Of a stretch of DNA of 64,000 nt, positions 17,505 through 27,226 are shown piece after piece. The notes under the pieces were generated by a model. That model did no database searches, was not told the DNA's origin, and saw only the letters and a list, made by a program, of their open reading frames with translations. This stretch comes from an uncultured Verrucomicrobiae bacterium (lineage in GTDB: Bacteria > Verrucomicrobiota > Verrucomicrobiia > Chthoniobacterales > JAATET01): the NCBI GenBank assembly GCA_963719495.1, contig CAVRCI010000015.1:64001-128000 (forward strand), written 5' to 3'. The number at the start of each line of letters is the position of its first letter. Position 1 is the stretch's first letter. Position numbers and translations under genes: made by a program.

Positions 17505-18047
17505 ATGATGACCGAAACGACCACCCACCAAGCCTCCGAGATCCCGGACGATCTCCTCGCGGAACTCGACGAAATGGTGACGCATTACCCCGTTTCCAAA
17601 CGAAGCGCGTCGCTGCCGCTGCTGCACCTGTGGCAGAACCACTTCGGGTTCATCGACGAGTCGGGGATCGAGTGGATCGCGGAGAAGCTGGAGCTGGAGC
17701 CGATCAACATTCTCGAGCTGGTGACGTTTTATCCGTGGTTCCGGCGCGAGGCGGCGGGGAAGACGATCGTGCGGGTCTGTCGGACGCTGGCGTGCGCGAT
17801 GGCGGGGTCCTACGAGCTGAAGGCTAAATTTTGCGAAGCCACCGGGATCGATCCGGCGGCGGATCATCACGGCTTCGGCCACGCGCCGCCGACGAGCGCG
17901 GATGGGCAGTTCAGCATCGAGTTCGTCGAGTGTCTGGCGAGCTGCGGGACGGCACCGGTGTGTTTGATCAACGACGAACTTCACGAAAACGTGGGTCTCG
18001 ATGACGTCCAGCAGATCGTAACGGATTACACCACGGCGGACGTTTAA
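17505..18047 (+). CDS. nuoE: NADH-quinone oxidoreductase subunit E
   Basis: [2Fe-2S] ligands CRTLAC...CLASC; VTFYPWF. Confidence 0.92.
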   Translation: MMTETTTHQASEIPDDLLAELDEMVTHYPVSKRSASLPLLHLWQNHFGFIDESGIEWIAEKLELEPINILELVTFYPWFRREAAGKTIVRVCRTLACAMAGSYELKAKFCEATGIDPAADHHGFGHAPPTSADGQFSIEFVECLASCGTAPVCLINDELHENVGLDDVQQIVTDYTTADV

Positions 18048-18055
18048 AAATTTTC

Positions 18056-19408
18056 ATGGTCTCTCTCATCCCACAACCTCACCCGAAGGAGCGCCGAGTC
18101 ATTTTCGGCAACATCAGCCAGGCTGGTTGGTCGCCGGATCTCGACACGTATCTGGCGAACGACGGCTACGAAGGGCTCAAGAAGGCGTTGGCGATGGAGC
18201 CGTCGGCGATCATCGATCTGGTCAAGGCGGCGAATCTGCGTGGCCGCGGGGGTGCGGGTTTCCCTTGCGGGGTGAAATGGAGTTTCATCAAGCGCGACGA
18301 CGGGAAGGATCACTACATCGTGGTGAACGCCGACGAGTCGGAGCCGGGGACATTCAAGGATCGCTACATTCTGCACAACGATCCGCACCAGTTGCTGGAA
18401 GGGCTGCTCATCGCGGCCTGGGCCAACAACGTGAGGCTGGCCTACATTTACATCCGGTGTGAATTCCCGCACGCCGCGAAGATCGTCTGGAAGGCGATCA
18501 AAGAGGCGAAGGCGAAGGGGTTCATCGGGAAAGACATCTGCGGAAGCGGGTTCGACTGCGACATCTACGTGCATCAGGGCGCGGCGGCTTACATCTGCGG
18601 CGAGGAGACGAGTCTGCTCGAGTCGTTGGAGGGCAAGCGACCTTATCCGCGGATCAAGCCGCCGTATTTCCCGGCGGTGCTGGGCCTCTACATGAAACCG
18701 ACGATCGTGAACAACGTGGAGACGCTTTGCCACGTGAAGCACATCGTGAATCTGGGTGCCGAGGAATACACGAAGATGGGTTCGCCCGGGGATGGCGGCA
18801 CGCGGACGATGTGCGTGAGCGGCGACGTGATGAAGCCGGGTTATTACGAGTTGCCCTGTGGCGCGGTCACGTTGGGCGAGTTGATTTTTGACATCTGTGG
18901 CGGGATGAAAGAGGGGCGCACGCTGAAAGCGGTGATCCCGGGCGGAAGCTCGGCGAAGGTGCTGCGGGCGGACGAGGTCTTCAAGGTGAAGTCGAAGGGC
19001 GCGGACGGCGAGATGGTCGAGAAGGAGATCAAAATGCTGGACGTCACGATGGACGCGGCGGGGCTGGCGGCGGTCGGCACGATGGTGGGGAGCGGCGGCG
19101 TGATGGTGCTCGACGACACGCGGAGCGCGGTGTGGGCGCTGAACAATCTCAATCAATTCTACGCCCACGAGAGCTGCGGGCAATGCACGCCTTGTCGCGA
19201 AGGCAGCCTGTGGATGTCGAAAATGACGACGCGGATGCTGGCGGGCGAAGGGGCGGCTCAGGATCCGAAGACGCTCAAAAACGTGGCGGACAATATCGCC
19301 GGGCGGACGATCTGTGCGTTCGGCGAGGCTTGCGCCTGGCCGACGCAGAGCTTCCTGGCGAAGTTCCCCGAGGAATTCGCGGGCGCGGCTGGGTCGGCGG
19401 CCAATTAG
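18056..19408 (+). CDS. nuoF: NADH-quinone oxidoreductase subunit F
   Basis: LRGRGGAGFP, NADESEPGTFKDR, YICGEET and HESCGQCTPCREG motifs. Confidence 0.95.
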   Translation: MVSLIPQPHPKERRVIFGNISQAGWSPDLDTYLANDGYEGLKKALAMEPSAIIDLVKAANLRGRGGAGFPCGVKWSFIKRDDGKDHYIVVNADESEPGTFKDRYILHNDPHQLLEGLLIAAWANNVRLAYIYIRCEFPHAAKIVWKAIKEAKAKGFIGKDICGSGFDCDIYVHQGAAAYICGEETSLLESLEGKRPYPRIKPPYFPAVLGLYMKPTIVNNVETLCHVKHIVNLGAEEYTKMGSPGDGGTRTMCVSGDVMKPGYYELPCGAVTLGELIFDICGGMKEGRTLKAVIPGGSSAKVLRADEVFKVKSKGADGEMVEKEIKMLDVTMDAAGLAAVGTMVGSGGVMVLDDTRSAVWALNNLNQFYAHESCGQCTPCREGSLWMSKMTTRMLAGEGAAQDPKTLKNVADNIAGRTICAFGEACAWPTQSFLAKFPEEFAGAAGSAAN

Positions 19409-19455
19409 CGGGCTATTTTCTCGTCCGGCATTACAAGTGGCAGTCCCCGAGGGCG

Positions 19456-20691
19456 ATGGGGACAGCACAGATGATCAAATCCAACAAACTGGACGGCGCG
19501 AGGCTGATTCCTCTCGCGGACCATCTCGATGAGCGGAAGCCTCGGCTGATCGAGTCGTGGCTGTCTTCCATGCGAGCGCATCCGGACATCGCCGCGACGG
19601 AAGCGATGACGCGTCCGCAGCTCGCGGACCATCTCCCGGATCTCTTCGAGCATCTGGTCGAACAGCTCCGTCGGGCGGGCACGACGGACGATGCCGAGCC
19701 GGGGCCGGACGCGCGGCAGCACGGGAGCCACCGTTGGCGGCAGGGCTACCAAATCGACGAGTTGTTCGAGGAGAGCACGTTGCTGCGGAACATTCTCGTG
19801 CAGCATTTGTTCCTGAGCTTCGCGAAAGAAGGTGGATCGCTGGCGGCGGAAGACGAGCGGTTGGCGCGGGACGTCATCCAGGAATTTTTCGATCAATTGA
19901 TCAGCGAATCCGTCGCGCAATACGTCGAGGAGCAGCAGCGCCAAATCCGTCAGTTCGCGACAAAGTTGGAGGAGAACAACACGGCGTTGGCGGCAGCGAA
20001 CGACTCCCGGATTGGGCTGATGCGTTCGGTCTCGCACGAGTTGCGCAATTCGCTCGAGGCTCAGCGGATTCTGCTGGCCGTCATTTCGAAAAACGTCGAA
20101 ACGGCGGCGAACCACGATCTCGTCGAGGTGGGTAAGCGCAATCTCACGGACATGGGGACGCTGCTGGGGCAGCTCCTCGATTACTCGGCATTGGTGGCGG
20201 GACAGGATGCCGGGGAGCAAACGAGCTTTTCGGCGAAGCGGCTGTGGGACGATCTGGTCTCGACGTGGCGGACGGCGATGGAAGCGGCGGACGTCGAGTT
20301 CGAAGCCACGTTGGACGAGGAACTCGGTGAGATTTCTTCCGATCGGTTGAAGCTGAGTCAGATCTGCCGAAACCTTTTGTCGAATTCCTTGAAGTTTCGG
20401 TCCGCCGAGCGGCGCGGCAAGGTCGAGTTCGCGTTTGGGAAAGTGGACGACACGCGCTGGCGGATTCGCGTGAAGGACAATGGCATCGGGATCGCGACGG
20501 AGGATCTGGGTAAGCTCTTCAAGGAATTTTCCCGCATCGAGCCGCGGGAGCACGTGAGTGGATCGGGGTTGGGGCTGGCAATTACCCGCCAATTGGCCGA
20601 GCTGCTCGGCGGGAAGATCGACGTCATGTCGACGAAGAACGAGGGATCGATCTTCGAGGTGACTTTGCCATTGGGTCCCCGAAAAGGTTGA
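19456..20691 (+). CDS. Cytoplasmic sensor histidine kinase with RsbRD-N-like N-terminal domain
   Basis: H-box SHELRN, N-box NLLSNSLKF, DNGIGI, GSGLGL; N-terminal DHLP..HGSHRWRQGY; no TM. Confidence 0.9.
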   Translation: MGTAQMIKSNKLDGARLIPLADHLDERKPRLIESWLSSMRAHPDIAATEAMTRPQLADHLPDLFEHLVEQLRRAGTTDDAEPGPDARQHGSHRWRQGYQIDELFEESTLLRNILVQHLFLSFAKEGGSLAAEDERLARDVIQEFFDQLISESVAQYVEEQQRQIRQFATKLEENNTALAAANDSRIGLMRSVSHELRNSLEAQRILLAVISKNVETAANHDLVEVGKRNLTDMGTLLGQLLDYSALVAGQDAGEQTSFSAKRLWDDLVSTWRTAMEAADVEFEATLDEELGEISSDRLKLSQICRNLLSNSLKFRSAERRGKVEFAFGKVDDTRWRIRVKDNGIGIATEDLGKLFKEFSRIEPREHVSGSGLGLAITRQLAELLGGKIDVMSTKNEGSIFEVTLPLGPRKG

Positions 20692-21206
20692 GGTGTCTCC
20701 GGCGGGATTTCTCCGGCGGTCGGCTCGCGTGAGCCCGGTCCTCGAATGATTCGATGCCGAGGTTGGGATGATGAGTCGCGCGCATTCCTTCAGAACGTCC
20801 AGGGCCGCTGGGCGAACGTGCTGTCTTATCAACTGGTCGCTTTTGACTTTTTGCGGGGATGGCTGCTTGGTCTTGCGATCGTGGAATTGGTCGAGAACTC
20901 CGGGGGTGGGTGAGGTGAGAAGCCAGAGCCCGAAGGGCGAGCCGAGCGGGAGCGAGCGAGCCAACGGATCGAAGGGAACAAAGGGGAATACGAATACAAA
21001 TGCGGCTTTGAACAGAAGGCCGCAAAGGGCGCAAAGACTTGGAAGAATGGGTTTCGCTGCCGTTGATCGAGTTATCCCCGGCTTCTTGACGCGCTTGCGC
21101 GTTCGTGGTCCTCAGCGTGACAGCATTCTTTTCGGGGTTGGGCGCCGCTGGCGTGACTTTTTGCGCCAGCCGTCCGGTTGCGCGGTTCTGGTCGTATTGA
21201 TAGGTC

Positions 21207-22727
21207 ATGGCGGTGAAGGAATTTCAGAACGGGGAGCTGCGGGATGCGGTGGTGATCGGGGCGGTGGAGTGCCGGTCGGCGAGGGTTTGGTTGCGGTCGG
21301 ATCTGCCGGGCGAGGTTCGATTGAGTTGGGGGCGGCGGGGGTTGGACGAACCGGTGGGGCGGACGGTCGTCGACGTGCCGGCGCGGTGCGAGGCGGATCG
21401 AACTCGGGTCGCGACGTTGGAAGGTTTGGAGCCGATGACTCGATACTGGTGCCGGGCGGAGCGGGGGATGAGTCGCTCGGTTCTGGGGGAGGTGGTCTTC
21501 GAGACGTCACCGGAGTCGAGCGGCGAGGTGCCGGCGAAGTTTTCGATCGGGCTGGCGAGTTGCCACCTGCCGTTCGACAAGCATGGAATGGTGCGCCCGG
21601 CGGCGCGGGAGATGCTGCGGGCGGCGCGGACGGTCTTTCGGGATGAGAATACCAAGCTGGCGTTCTTTGGTGGCGATCAGATGTATGCCGACGAGCCGGA
21701 GGGATTTTCGTTGTTCGACGAGTCGTTCTTTCAGCGGCGGGCTCCGGCGGGCCGGGAGCGGGTGCTGGATTGCTCGGTCGAAGAATTGCGGCGGCTTTAC
21801 CACGGGCGGTATCGGACGTTTTTCAATCTGCCGGAATGGATCGCGCTGCAGGCCGAGACGCCTTGCTATCCGACGTGGGACGATCACGAGCTGGTGGACA
21901 ATTGGGGGTCGGACCCGATGCATCAGAACGCGGATTGGAAACGGGTGGGCGAAGGGGCACGGCAGGCGTGCCACGACTACCAAATCTCGCGGGTGATGCC
22001 GTGGAATCCGGACCGGGCGTTTCATTACGACGTGAATTATGGTCCGACGGCGACGTTCGTCGCGGATATGCGGACGGAGCGGCGGGCGGGGGAGAACGGA
22101 CGGATCTTCTCGGAGCAGCAGAAGGCGGATTTCGAGGGCTTTCTCGCGAAGAATCTGGATAAAGCAGCCATCTTCGTTGTGTTGAGCGTTCCTCCGGTTC
22201 ATCTGCCGCGTGGGCTGAGTCGGGGGATGTCGTGGATGGTGCCGTCGGGGAATGATTTCGACGATCGGTGGTCGACGGGGGAGCACGTGCGGGATCGGGA
22301 TTGGCTGATGCGCACGATGCACGCGCACCAGGCGGCCCATCCACGACAGCACGTGACGATCCTGACCGGCGACATTCACATCGGTTGCGTGCACGCGCTG
22401 CGGTGGGAGGGGCTGGAGGACGTGGAATTGCATCAACTCGTCTCGAGCGGGATCACGCACAAGGTGGGGTGGGCGATCGCGAAGGCGTCCAAGCTGCTCA
22501 TCGGCGCAAACCGTCACGCTGGAACGGAGGACGGGGAGGTGCGAGCGAAGGTGCGGGTGCTCGAGGGGGTGGACAATCACGAGGAGAACCCGCTCGGCGA
22601 AATGAATCTGGGGATCGTGGAGGTCGAGACGACGCCCGCGGGGCGGGTGGATCTGCGGTTCAAGCTGTATGGGCAGCGGAAGGGGGAGCCGGTCTGCCGA
22701 TTCGAGTCGGAGGTGATGCGGGGGTGA
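21207..22727 (+). CDS. Alkaline phosphatase D (PhoD) family metallophosphatase
   Basis: LASC, GDQMYAD, WDDHELVDNW and LTGDIH motifs. Confidence 0.88.
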   Translation: MAVKEFQNGELRDAVVIGAVECRSARVWLRSDLPGEVRLSWGRRGLDEPVGRTVVDVPARCEADRTRVATLEGLEPMTRYWCRAERGMSRSVLGEVVFETSPESSGEVPAKFSIGLASCHLPFDKHGMVRPAAREMLRAARTVFRDENTKLAFFGGDQMYADEPEGFSLFDESFFQRRAPAGRERVLDCSVEELRRLYHGRYRTFFNLPEWIALQAETPCYPTWDDHELVDNWGSDPMHQNADWKRVGEGARQACHDYQISRVMPWNPDRAFHYDVNYGPTATFVADMRTERRAGENGRIFSEQQKADFEGFLAKNLDKAAIFVVLSVPPVHLPRGLSRGMSWMVPSGNDFDDRWSTGEHVRDRDWLMRTMHAHQAAHPRQHVTILTGDIHIGCVHALRWEGLEDVELHQLVSSGITHKVGWAIAKASKLLIGANRHAGTEDGEVRAKVRVLEGVDNHEENPLGEMNLGIVEVETTPAGRVDLRFKLYGQRKGEPVCRFESEVMRG

Positions 22728-22738
22728 GCTTGGCGTGA

Positions 22739-22766
22739 TTGGTCATTGGTGATTGGTGATTGGTGA
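22739..22766 (+). repeat. Heptamer tandem tract (TTGGTSA x4)
   Basis: TTGGTCA-TTGGTGA-TTGGTGA-TTGGTGA. Confidence 0.85.
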
Positions 22767-23023
22767 GGTGAGGTGAAAATGCAGTGAGGTGGAAGTCGGG
22801 GATGCTTTTTCGCTGTGAAAGGGTCGCCGCACCTGGCTTCGGATCCAGCGTGAAGCCCACGGCTCGGCGGGAGCCTCGCCCTCCGAATGCCCGGGGGGGC
22901 GGCTGGCGCCGCTGCCGTTTGCGCGTCCCCCCTTTGTCATTCTTAGGTTTTTGGAATGGGGGGGCGGTTGGGGTTGATCTGTTGTTTTGACGGGGGTGGG
23001 GTTTTCGGGGACGGTTTTCTCCT

Positions 23024-24556
23024 ATGGGAAAACCTGTGATTTTGATCATTCGTGATGGCTGGGGCATCAATCCGAACGGGCGGGCGGGGGCCGAGGCGGA
23101 TGGGAACGCGACGCTGCTGGCGAAGACGCCATTTCACGATGAACTTTACGCGAAGTATCCGGGCGGGACGCTGAGCGCGAGTGGGCTGGACGTCGGATTG
23201 CCGGACGGACAGATGGGGAACTCGGAGGTGGGGCATCTGAATCTCGGGGCCGGGCGGGTGGTTTATCAGGACTTCACGAAAATCAACAAGGCGATCGCGG
23301 ACGGAGAATTGGCGGAGAACGAGGTTCTCCGAGCGGCGTTCGAAAAGGCGAAGGGCGGGCGGCTGCATTTGCTGGGGTTGGTTTCGGACGGGGGAGTTCA
23401 CAGTCATCAGGATCATTTGGTGGCGCTGGCGGGTGCGGCGAAGGATGCGGGGGTCGATGATATTCTGGTGCACGCGATCACCGATGGACGGGATACTTCG
23501 CCCACGGGTGGGAAGGGTTATCTCACGGACGTCGTCGAGGGGCTGAAGCCTTCGGGGGCGGTGGTGGCGACGGTGGTTGGGCGGTATTTCGCGATGGATC
23601 GGGACGAGCGGTGGGATCGGAACAAGCTGGCTTGGGATGCGATCGTGCTCGGGCGGGGTGAGGTGTCGGACGAGTTGCCGGGCGAGGCTTTGGCGGTGCG
23701 CTACGCGGCGGGGGAAACGGATGAGTTTATCAAGCCGCTCGTTTTTGCGCACGCCGATGAGCAGCGGGTTCGCGACGGGGACGTGGTGCTGTTTTTCAAC
23801 TTTCGGGCGGACCGGGCGCGGCAGTTGTCGCGGGCATTGCTGGAGCCGGGTTTCGATGGGTTCGACCGGGAGGCGACGCCGAAGATCGATTACGTGACGC
23901 TCACGCAATACGATAAGAATTACGACGCGGCGGTGGTGTTTCCGAAGGAGCCCCCGCGGCGAATTCTGGGCGAGGTGGTGAGCGCGGCGGGGATGCGTCA
24001 GCTCCGGATCGCGGAGACGGAAAAGTATCCGCACGTGACGTATTTTTTCAACGGTGGGGTCGAGAAGCAGTTCGACGGCGAGGATCGCAAGATCGTGCCT
24101 TCACCTCAGGACGTGGCGACCTATGATCTGAAGCCGGAGATGAGCGCGCCGGAGGTGATGCGGACGGTGGTCGCGGAGCTGGAGAATTACGATCTGGTGG
24201 TTCTCAATTTTGCGAATCCGGACATGGTCGGGCACACGGGGGTCGTCGAGGCGGGGATCAGGGCGGTCGAGATGATCGACGAGGGGGTGCGGGCGGTGAT
24301 CGAGCGGACGCTGGAGCTTGGTGGCTGCGCGATCGTGACGGCGGATCACGGGAATTGTGAGACGATGCGGAATCCGGACGGGTCGCCGAACACGGCTCAT
24401 ACGACGAATCTCGTGCATTGTCTTTACGTGGCGGGGGACGTCGAGGGGGTGACGGTGCGGGATGGGATCCTCGCGGATATTGCGCCGACGCTTTTGGATT
24501 TGCTGGGGTTGGATCAGCCGGGGGAGATGACGGGGTCGACTTTGGTGGTGCGGTAG
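23024..24556 (+). CDS. gpmI: 2,3-bisphosphoglycerate-independent phosphoglycerate mutase
   Basis: GQMGNSEVGH, GRYFAMDRD, AETEKYPHVT, NPDMVGHTG and ADHGN motifs. Confidence 0.97.
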   Translation: MGKPVILIIRDGWGINPNGRAGAEADGNATLLAKTPFHDELYAKYPGGTLSASGLDVGLPDGQMGNSEVGHLNLGAGRVVYQDFTKINKAIADGELAENEVLRAAFEKAKGGRLHLLGLVSDGGVHSHQDHLVALAGAAKDAGVDDILVHAITDGRDTSPTGGKGYLTDVVEGLKPSGAVVATVVGRYFAMDRDERWDRNKLAWDAIVLGRGEVSDELPGEALAVRYAAGETDEFIKPLVFAHADEQRVRDGDVVLFFNFRADRARQLSRALLEPGFDGFDREATPKIDYVTLTQYDKNYDAAVVFPKEPPRRILGEVVSAAGMRQLRIAETEKYPHVTYFFNGGVEKQFDGEDRKIVPSPQDVATYDLKPEMSAPEVMRTVVAELENYDLVVLNFANPDMVGHTGVVEAGIRAVEMIDEGVRAVIERTLELGGCAIVTADHGNCETMRNPDGSPNTAHTTNLVHCLYVAGDVEGVTVRDGILADIAPTLLDLLGLDQPGEMTGSTLVVR

Positions 24557-24592
24557 GGTCGGCTCTCCGGCTTCGCCGGAATTGCCTTGGTT

Positions 24593-24640
24593 GATGCGGC
24601 GGGACGCCGCATCTCGCACGCCGGGAGGCGTGCGTTCCCC
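24593..24640 (+). repeat. Double-hairpin REP-like element
   Basis: GATGCGGCG-GGA-CGCCGCATC followed by CGCACGCC-GGGA-GGCGTGCG-TTCCCC; same architecture as the elements at 26129 and 27183. Confidence 0.7.
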
Positions 24641-24682
24641 ATGCATCCAGTTGGGGCGGGCGGTGCGTTTGATTTCCAAACA

Positions 24683-25204
24683 ATGATTCCATTCAAAACC
24701 TGTGCCGCGATTTTTGTCGGCACCCTCATCGCTCATACCGCCATGGCCTTCGATCAGACTCCCGTTACCGACATCGACCTGAAAAAATTTGCCGGGAAGT
24801 GGTATTCGCTGACTTCGATCCCGACGTTGATGGACAAGGATTGGTTGGAGACGACGGAGACTTACACGCTCACCGATAAGGATGAATACGAGGTGCTGAC
24901 GACCTACCGGAAGGAAGGGGAGAGCGAGATCAGGGAAGTGAAGTCGAAGCTGTTCCCGGGGGACGCTGGCGAGGTCGGGGAAATGAAGGCGCAGTTCGTT
25001 TGGCCGTTCAAGGTTGGGTATCGGGTGATCGAGCTGCCGAAGGATTATTCGCACGTCGTGATCGGGCATCCGGACGAGAAGTATCTGTTCATCATGAGCC
25101 GGGAAAAGACGATGCCGGAGGATCAGATGGCGGCGATCGTGGCTCGGTGCAAGGAGCTGGGGTATCCGACCGATAAACTGAAGAGTCAGGAGCACGGATC
25201 GTAA
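24683..25204 (+). CDS. Lipocalin (Blc) family protein
   Basis: IDLKKFAGKWY, QFVWPF and YLFIMSR motifs; signal peptide. Confidence 0.9.
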   Translation: MIPFKTCAAIFVGTLIAHTAMAFDQTPVTDIDLKKFAGKWYSLTSIPTLMDKDWLETTETYTLTDKDEYEVLTTYRKEGESEIREVKSKLFPGDAGEVGEMKAQFVWPFKVGYRVIELPKDYSHVVIGHPDEKYLFIMSREKTMPEDQMAAIVARCKELGYPTDKLKSQEHGS

Positions 25205-25214
25205 CGGTCGCGCG

Positions 25215-26081
25215 GTGAGAGGGCTCTTCCCGTCTTTGGTCTTCGGAGGGGTCCTACTTGCGATCACAGGATGCGCGACGCCGAATCCTTCGGGCGGGCC
25301 GGTTGAGCGGGGGTTGGTTTACAAGTCGGAGTTCAATAACTGGGGGCGGCTGGACATTTTCTACCCGGACGGGGCGGCTCCGGCGGGTGGGTTTCCGGTT
25401 GTCGTCTGGCTGCATGGAGGTGGCTGGGTCGCGGGGAACCGGAGCACGTTTCCGTTGCTGAATGATCTGACCCGGGATGGCTTCGCCGTGGCGACGATCG
25501 ACTATCGCAACAGCCTGCACGCGAAATTTCCGGCGCAGATCGAGGACGTCAACGATGGGGTGCGGTGGTTGGTGGCGAACGCCGACCGTTTGCGGCTCGA
25601 TGCCGGGCGGATGGGGATCGCGGGGGCTTCGGCGGGGGCGCATTTGGCGTTGTTGTCGGCGCTGTCCGATGGGTCGGAGGCGGTGGCTTGGGCGCTGCAG
25701 TTGAAGCCGGAGCAGCGGTTTCGAGCGGTCGTGGGATTCTACACGCCGACGGATTTGGTGACGGTGGTGAAGCCGGAGAATCGGGATCGGCTCAATAATT
25801 TGGTGGCGTTGCTGCTGGGCGGGACGGTGGACGAGAAGGTGGCGTTGGCAAGGGCGGGGAGTCCGGTGGATTACGTGGACGCGGGGGATCCGCCGGTTTT
25901 TCTGTTGCACGGGGTGAAGGATGAAACGGTGCCCGTGGAGCAGAGCCGGGTGATGCGGGCCGCGCTGGAGGACGTGGGGGTGGCGGCTCGGTTGCGGGAG
26001 TTTCCGGATCAGGGTCATGGATTCGAGCCGGATGCGGAGACTTATGGGGAGATTCGGGATTTTCTGACGGAGTTGCTTTGA
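25215..26081 (+). CDS. Alpha/beta hydrolase (esterase-like) lipoprotein
   Basis: Lipobox ITGC; HGGGW, GASAG, HGVKDETVP and GHG motifs. Confidence 0.9.
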   Translation: MRGLFPSLVFGGVLLAITGCATPNPSGGPVERGLVYKSEFNNWGRLDIFYPDGAAPAGGFPVVVWLHGGGWVAGNRSTFPLLNDLTRDGFAVATIDYRNSLHAKFPAQIEDVNDGVRWLVANADRLRLDAGRMGIAGASAGAHLALLSALSDGSEAVAWALQLKPEQRFRAVVGFYTPTDLVTVVKPENRDRLNNLVALLLGGTVDEKVALARAGSPVDYVDAGDPPVFLLHGVKDETVPVEQSRVMRAALEDVGVAARLREFPDQGHGFEPDAETYGEIRDFLTELL

Positions 26082-27142
26082 GGGGCGGGGGGAGCGGGAG
26101 TGCGGCTTTGCCGGTTTTGGGGGGGGGTCCGGCTGGAAGCCGGGAACGGCGACCTGGAAGGTCGCGGTCCCCTTGCCTTTGGACCCTTTGGGTCTTTTGG
26201 TTTGTCTTCGCCGGGTGTTCGGGGGCTCAGTCGGCTTTGGATCCGGCGAGTGGGGAGGCGGCGGAGATCGCGCGGCTCTTTTCGTGGATGGTGGGTGGGA
26301 CGATCGTGATCTGGTTGATCGTGATGGCTTTGGCGGTCTACGCGATGTTTCTGCGGCCGGACAAGCAGCACGATCCGCGGTGGTCGGTGCGGTGGATCGT
26401 GGGGGGCGGGGTGGTTTTTCCGACGGTGGTGCTGGCGGGTCTGTTGGCTTACGGGTTGTCGATGCTGCCGCGGATGATGGCGCGGGCTCCGGAGGGGAGT
26501 CTGGTGGTGGCGGTGGAGGGCGAGATGTGGTGGTGGCGGGCGGAGTATCGCCTGCCGGACGGGCGGACGTTTCGGTCGGACAACGAGATTCGGTTGCCGG
26601 TGGGAGAGCCGGTGCAGTTCGAGCTGACGAGCGCGGACGTGATTCATTCGTTCTGGATTCCGGCGCTCGGAGGGAAGGTGGACATGATCCCGGGACGGGA
26701 GAACGAGCTGGCGCTCCGGCCGACGCGGGTCGGGCGATTTCGTGGGGTGTGCGCGGAATTTTGCGGGGCATCCCACGGGCTGATGGCGTTCGATGTGGTG
26801 GTGATGGAACGGGCGGTTTTTGCGGAATGGGCGGAGGGGATGATGCGGGAGTCGGTGCCGATGGTGGGTTCGCTGGGGGCGGAGGTTTTTGCGCGGAGTG
26901 GCTGCGGGGCCTGTCACTCGGTGCGGGGGACGGGGGCGGATGGAGTGGTGGGGCCGGATCTGACGCATTTCGGGTCGCGGCTGAGCATCGGGGCTGGGAC
27001 GTTGGTGAACGACGCGGCGGGCCGACGGCGGTGGATGGAGGAAACCGGGGAGGTGAAGCCGGAGGTGCTGATGCCGCACTTCGGGCATCTGCCAGAGCGG
27101 GAGATGGTGGCTTTGGTGGAGTATCTGGGGGGGCTGAAGTGA
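26078..27142 (+). CDS. coxB: Cytochrome c oxidase subunit II with fused cytochrome c domain
   Basis: DVIHSFWIP, CuA motif CAEFCGASHGLM, heme motif CGACH, lipobox FAGC; start uncertain (TTG only). Confidence 0.92.
   Translation: MRGGGSGSAALPVLGGGPAGSRERRPGRSRSPCLWTLWVFWFVFAGCSGAQSALDPASGEAAEIARLFSWMVGGTIVIWLIVMALAVYAMFLRPDKQHDPRWSVRWIVGGGVVFPTVVLAGLLAYGLSMLPRMMARAPEGSLVVAVEGEMWWWRAEYRLPDGRTFRSDNEIRLPVGEPVQFELTSADVIHSFWIPALGGKVDMIPGRENELALRPTRVGRFRGVCAEFCGASHGLMAFDVVVMERAVFAEWAEGMMRESVPMVGSLGAEVFARSGCGACHSVRGTGADGVVGPDLTHFGSRLSIGAGTLVNDAAGRRRWMEETGEVKPEVLMPHFGHLPEREMVALVEYLGGLK
26098..26172 (+). repeat. ~75-bp double-hairpin direct repeat, copy 1
   Basis: GAGTGCGGCTTTGCCG..CCGGCTGGAAGCCGG.AAC.GCGACCTGGAAGGTCGCGGTCCCC, repeated at 27153-27226. 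Confidence 0.9.
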
Positions 27143-27152
27143 GGGGGGTGGA

Positions 27153-27226
27153 GAGTGCGGCTTTGCCGTTGGGGTGGGGTTTCCGGCTGGAAGCCGGAAA
27201 CTGCGACCTGGAAGGTCGCGGTCCCC
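27153..27226 (+). repeat. ~75-bp double-hairpin direct repeat, copy 2
   Basis: See 26098-26172. Confidence 0.9.

Noticed and set aside
20692..21206. ORFs 20624-21208 (-) and 20768-21646 (+)
   Set aside because: No recognisable motifs; the region contains repeat fragments and the ORFs overlap real genes
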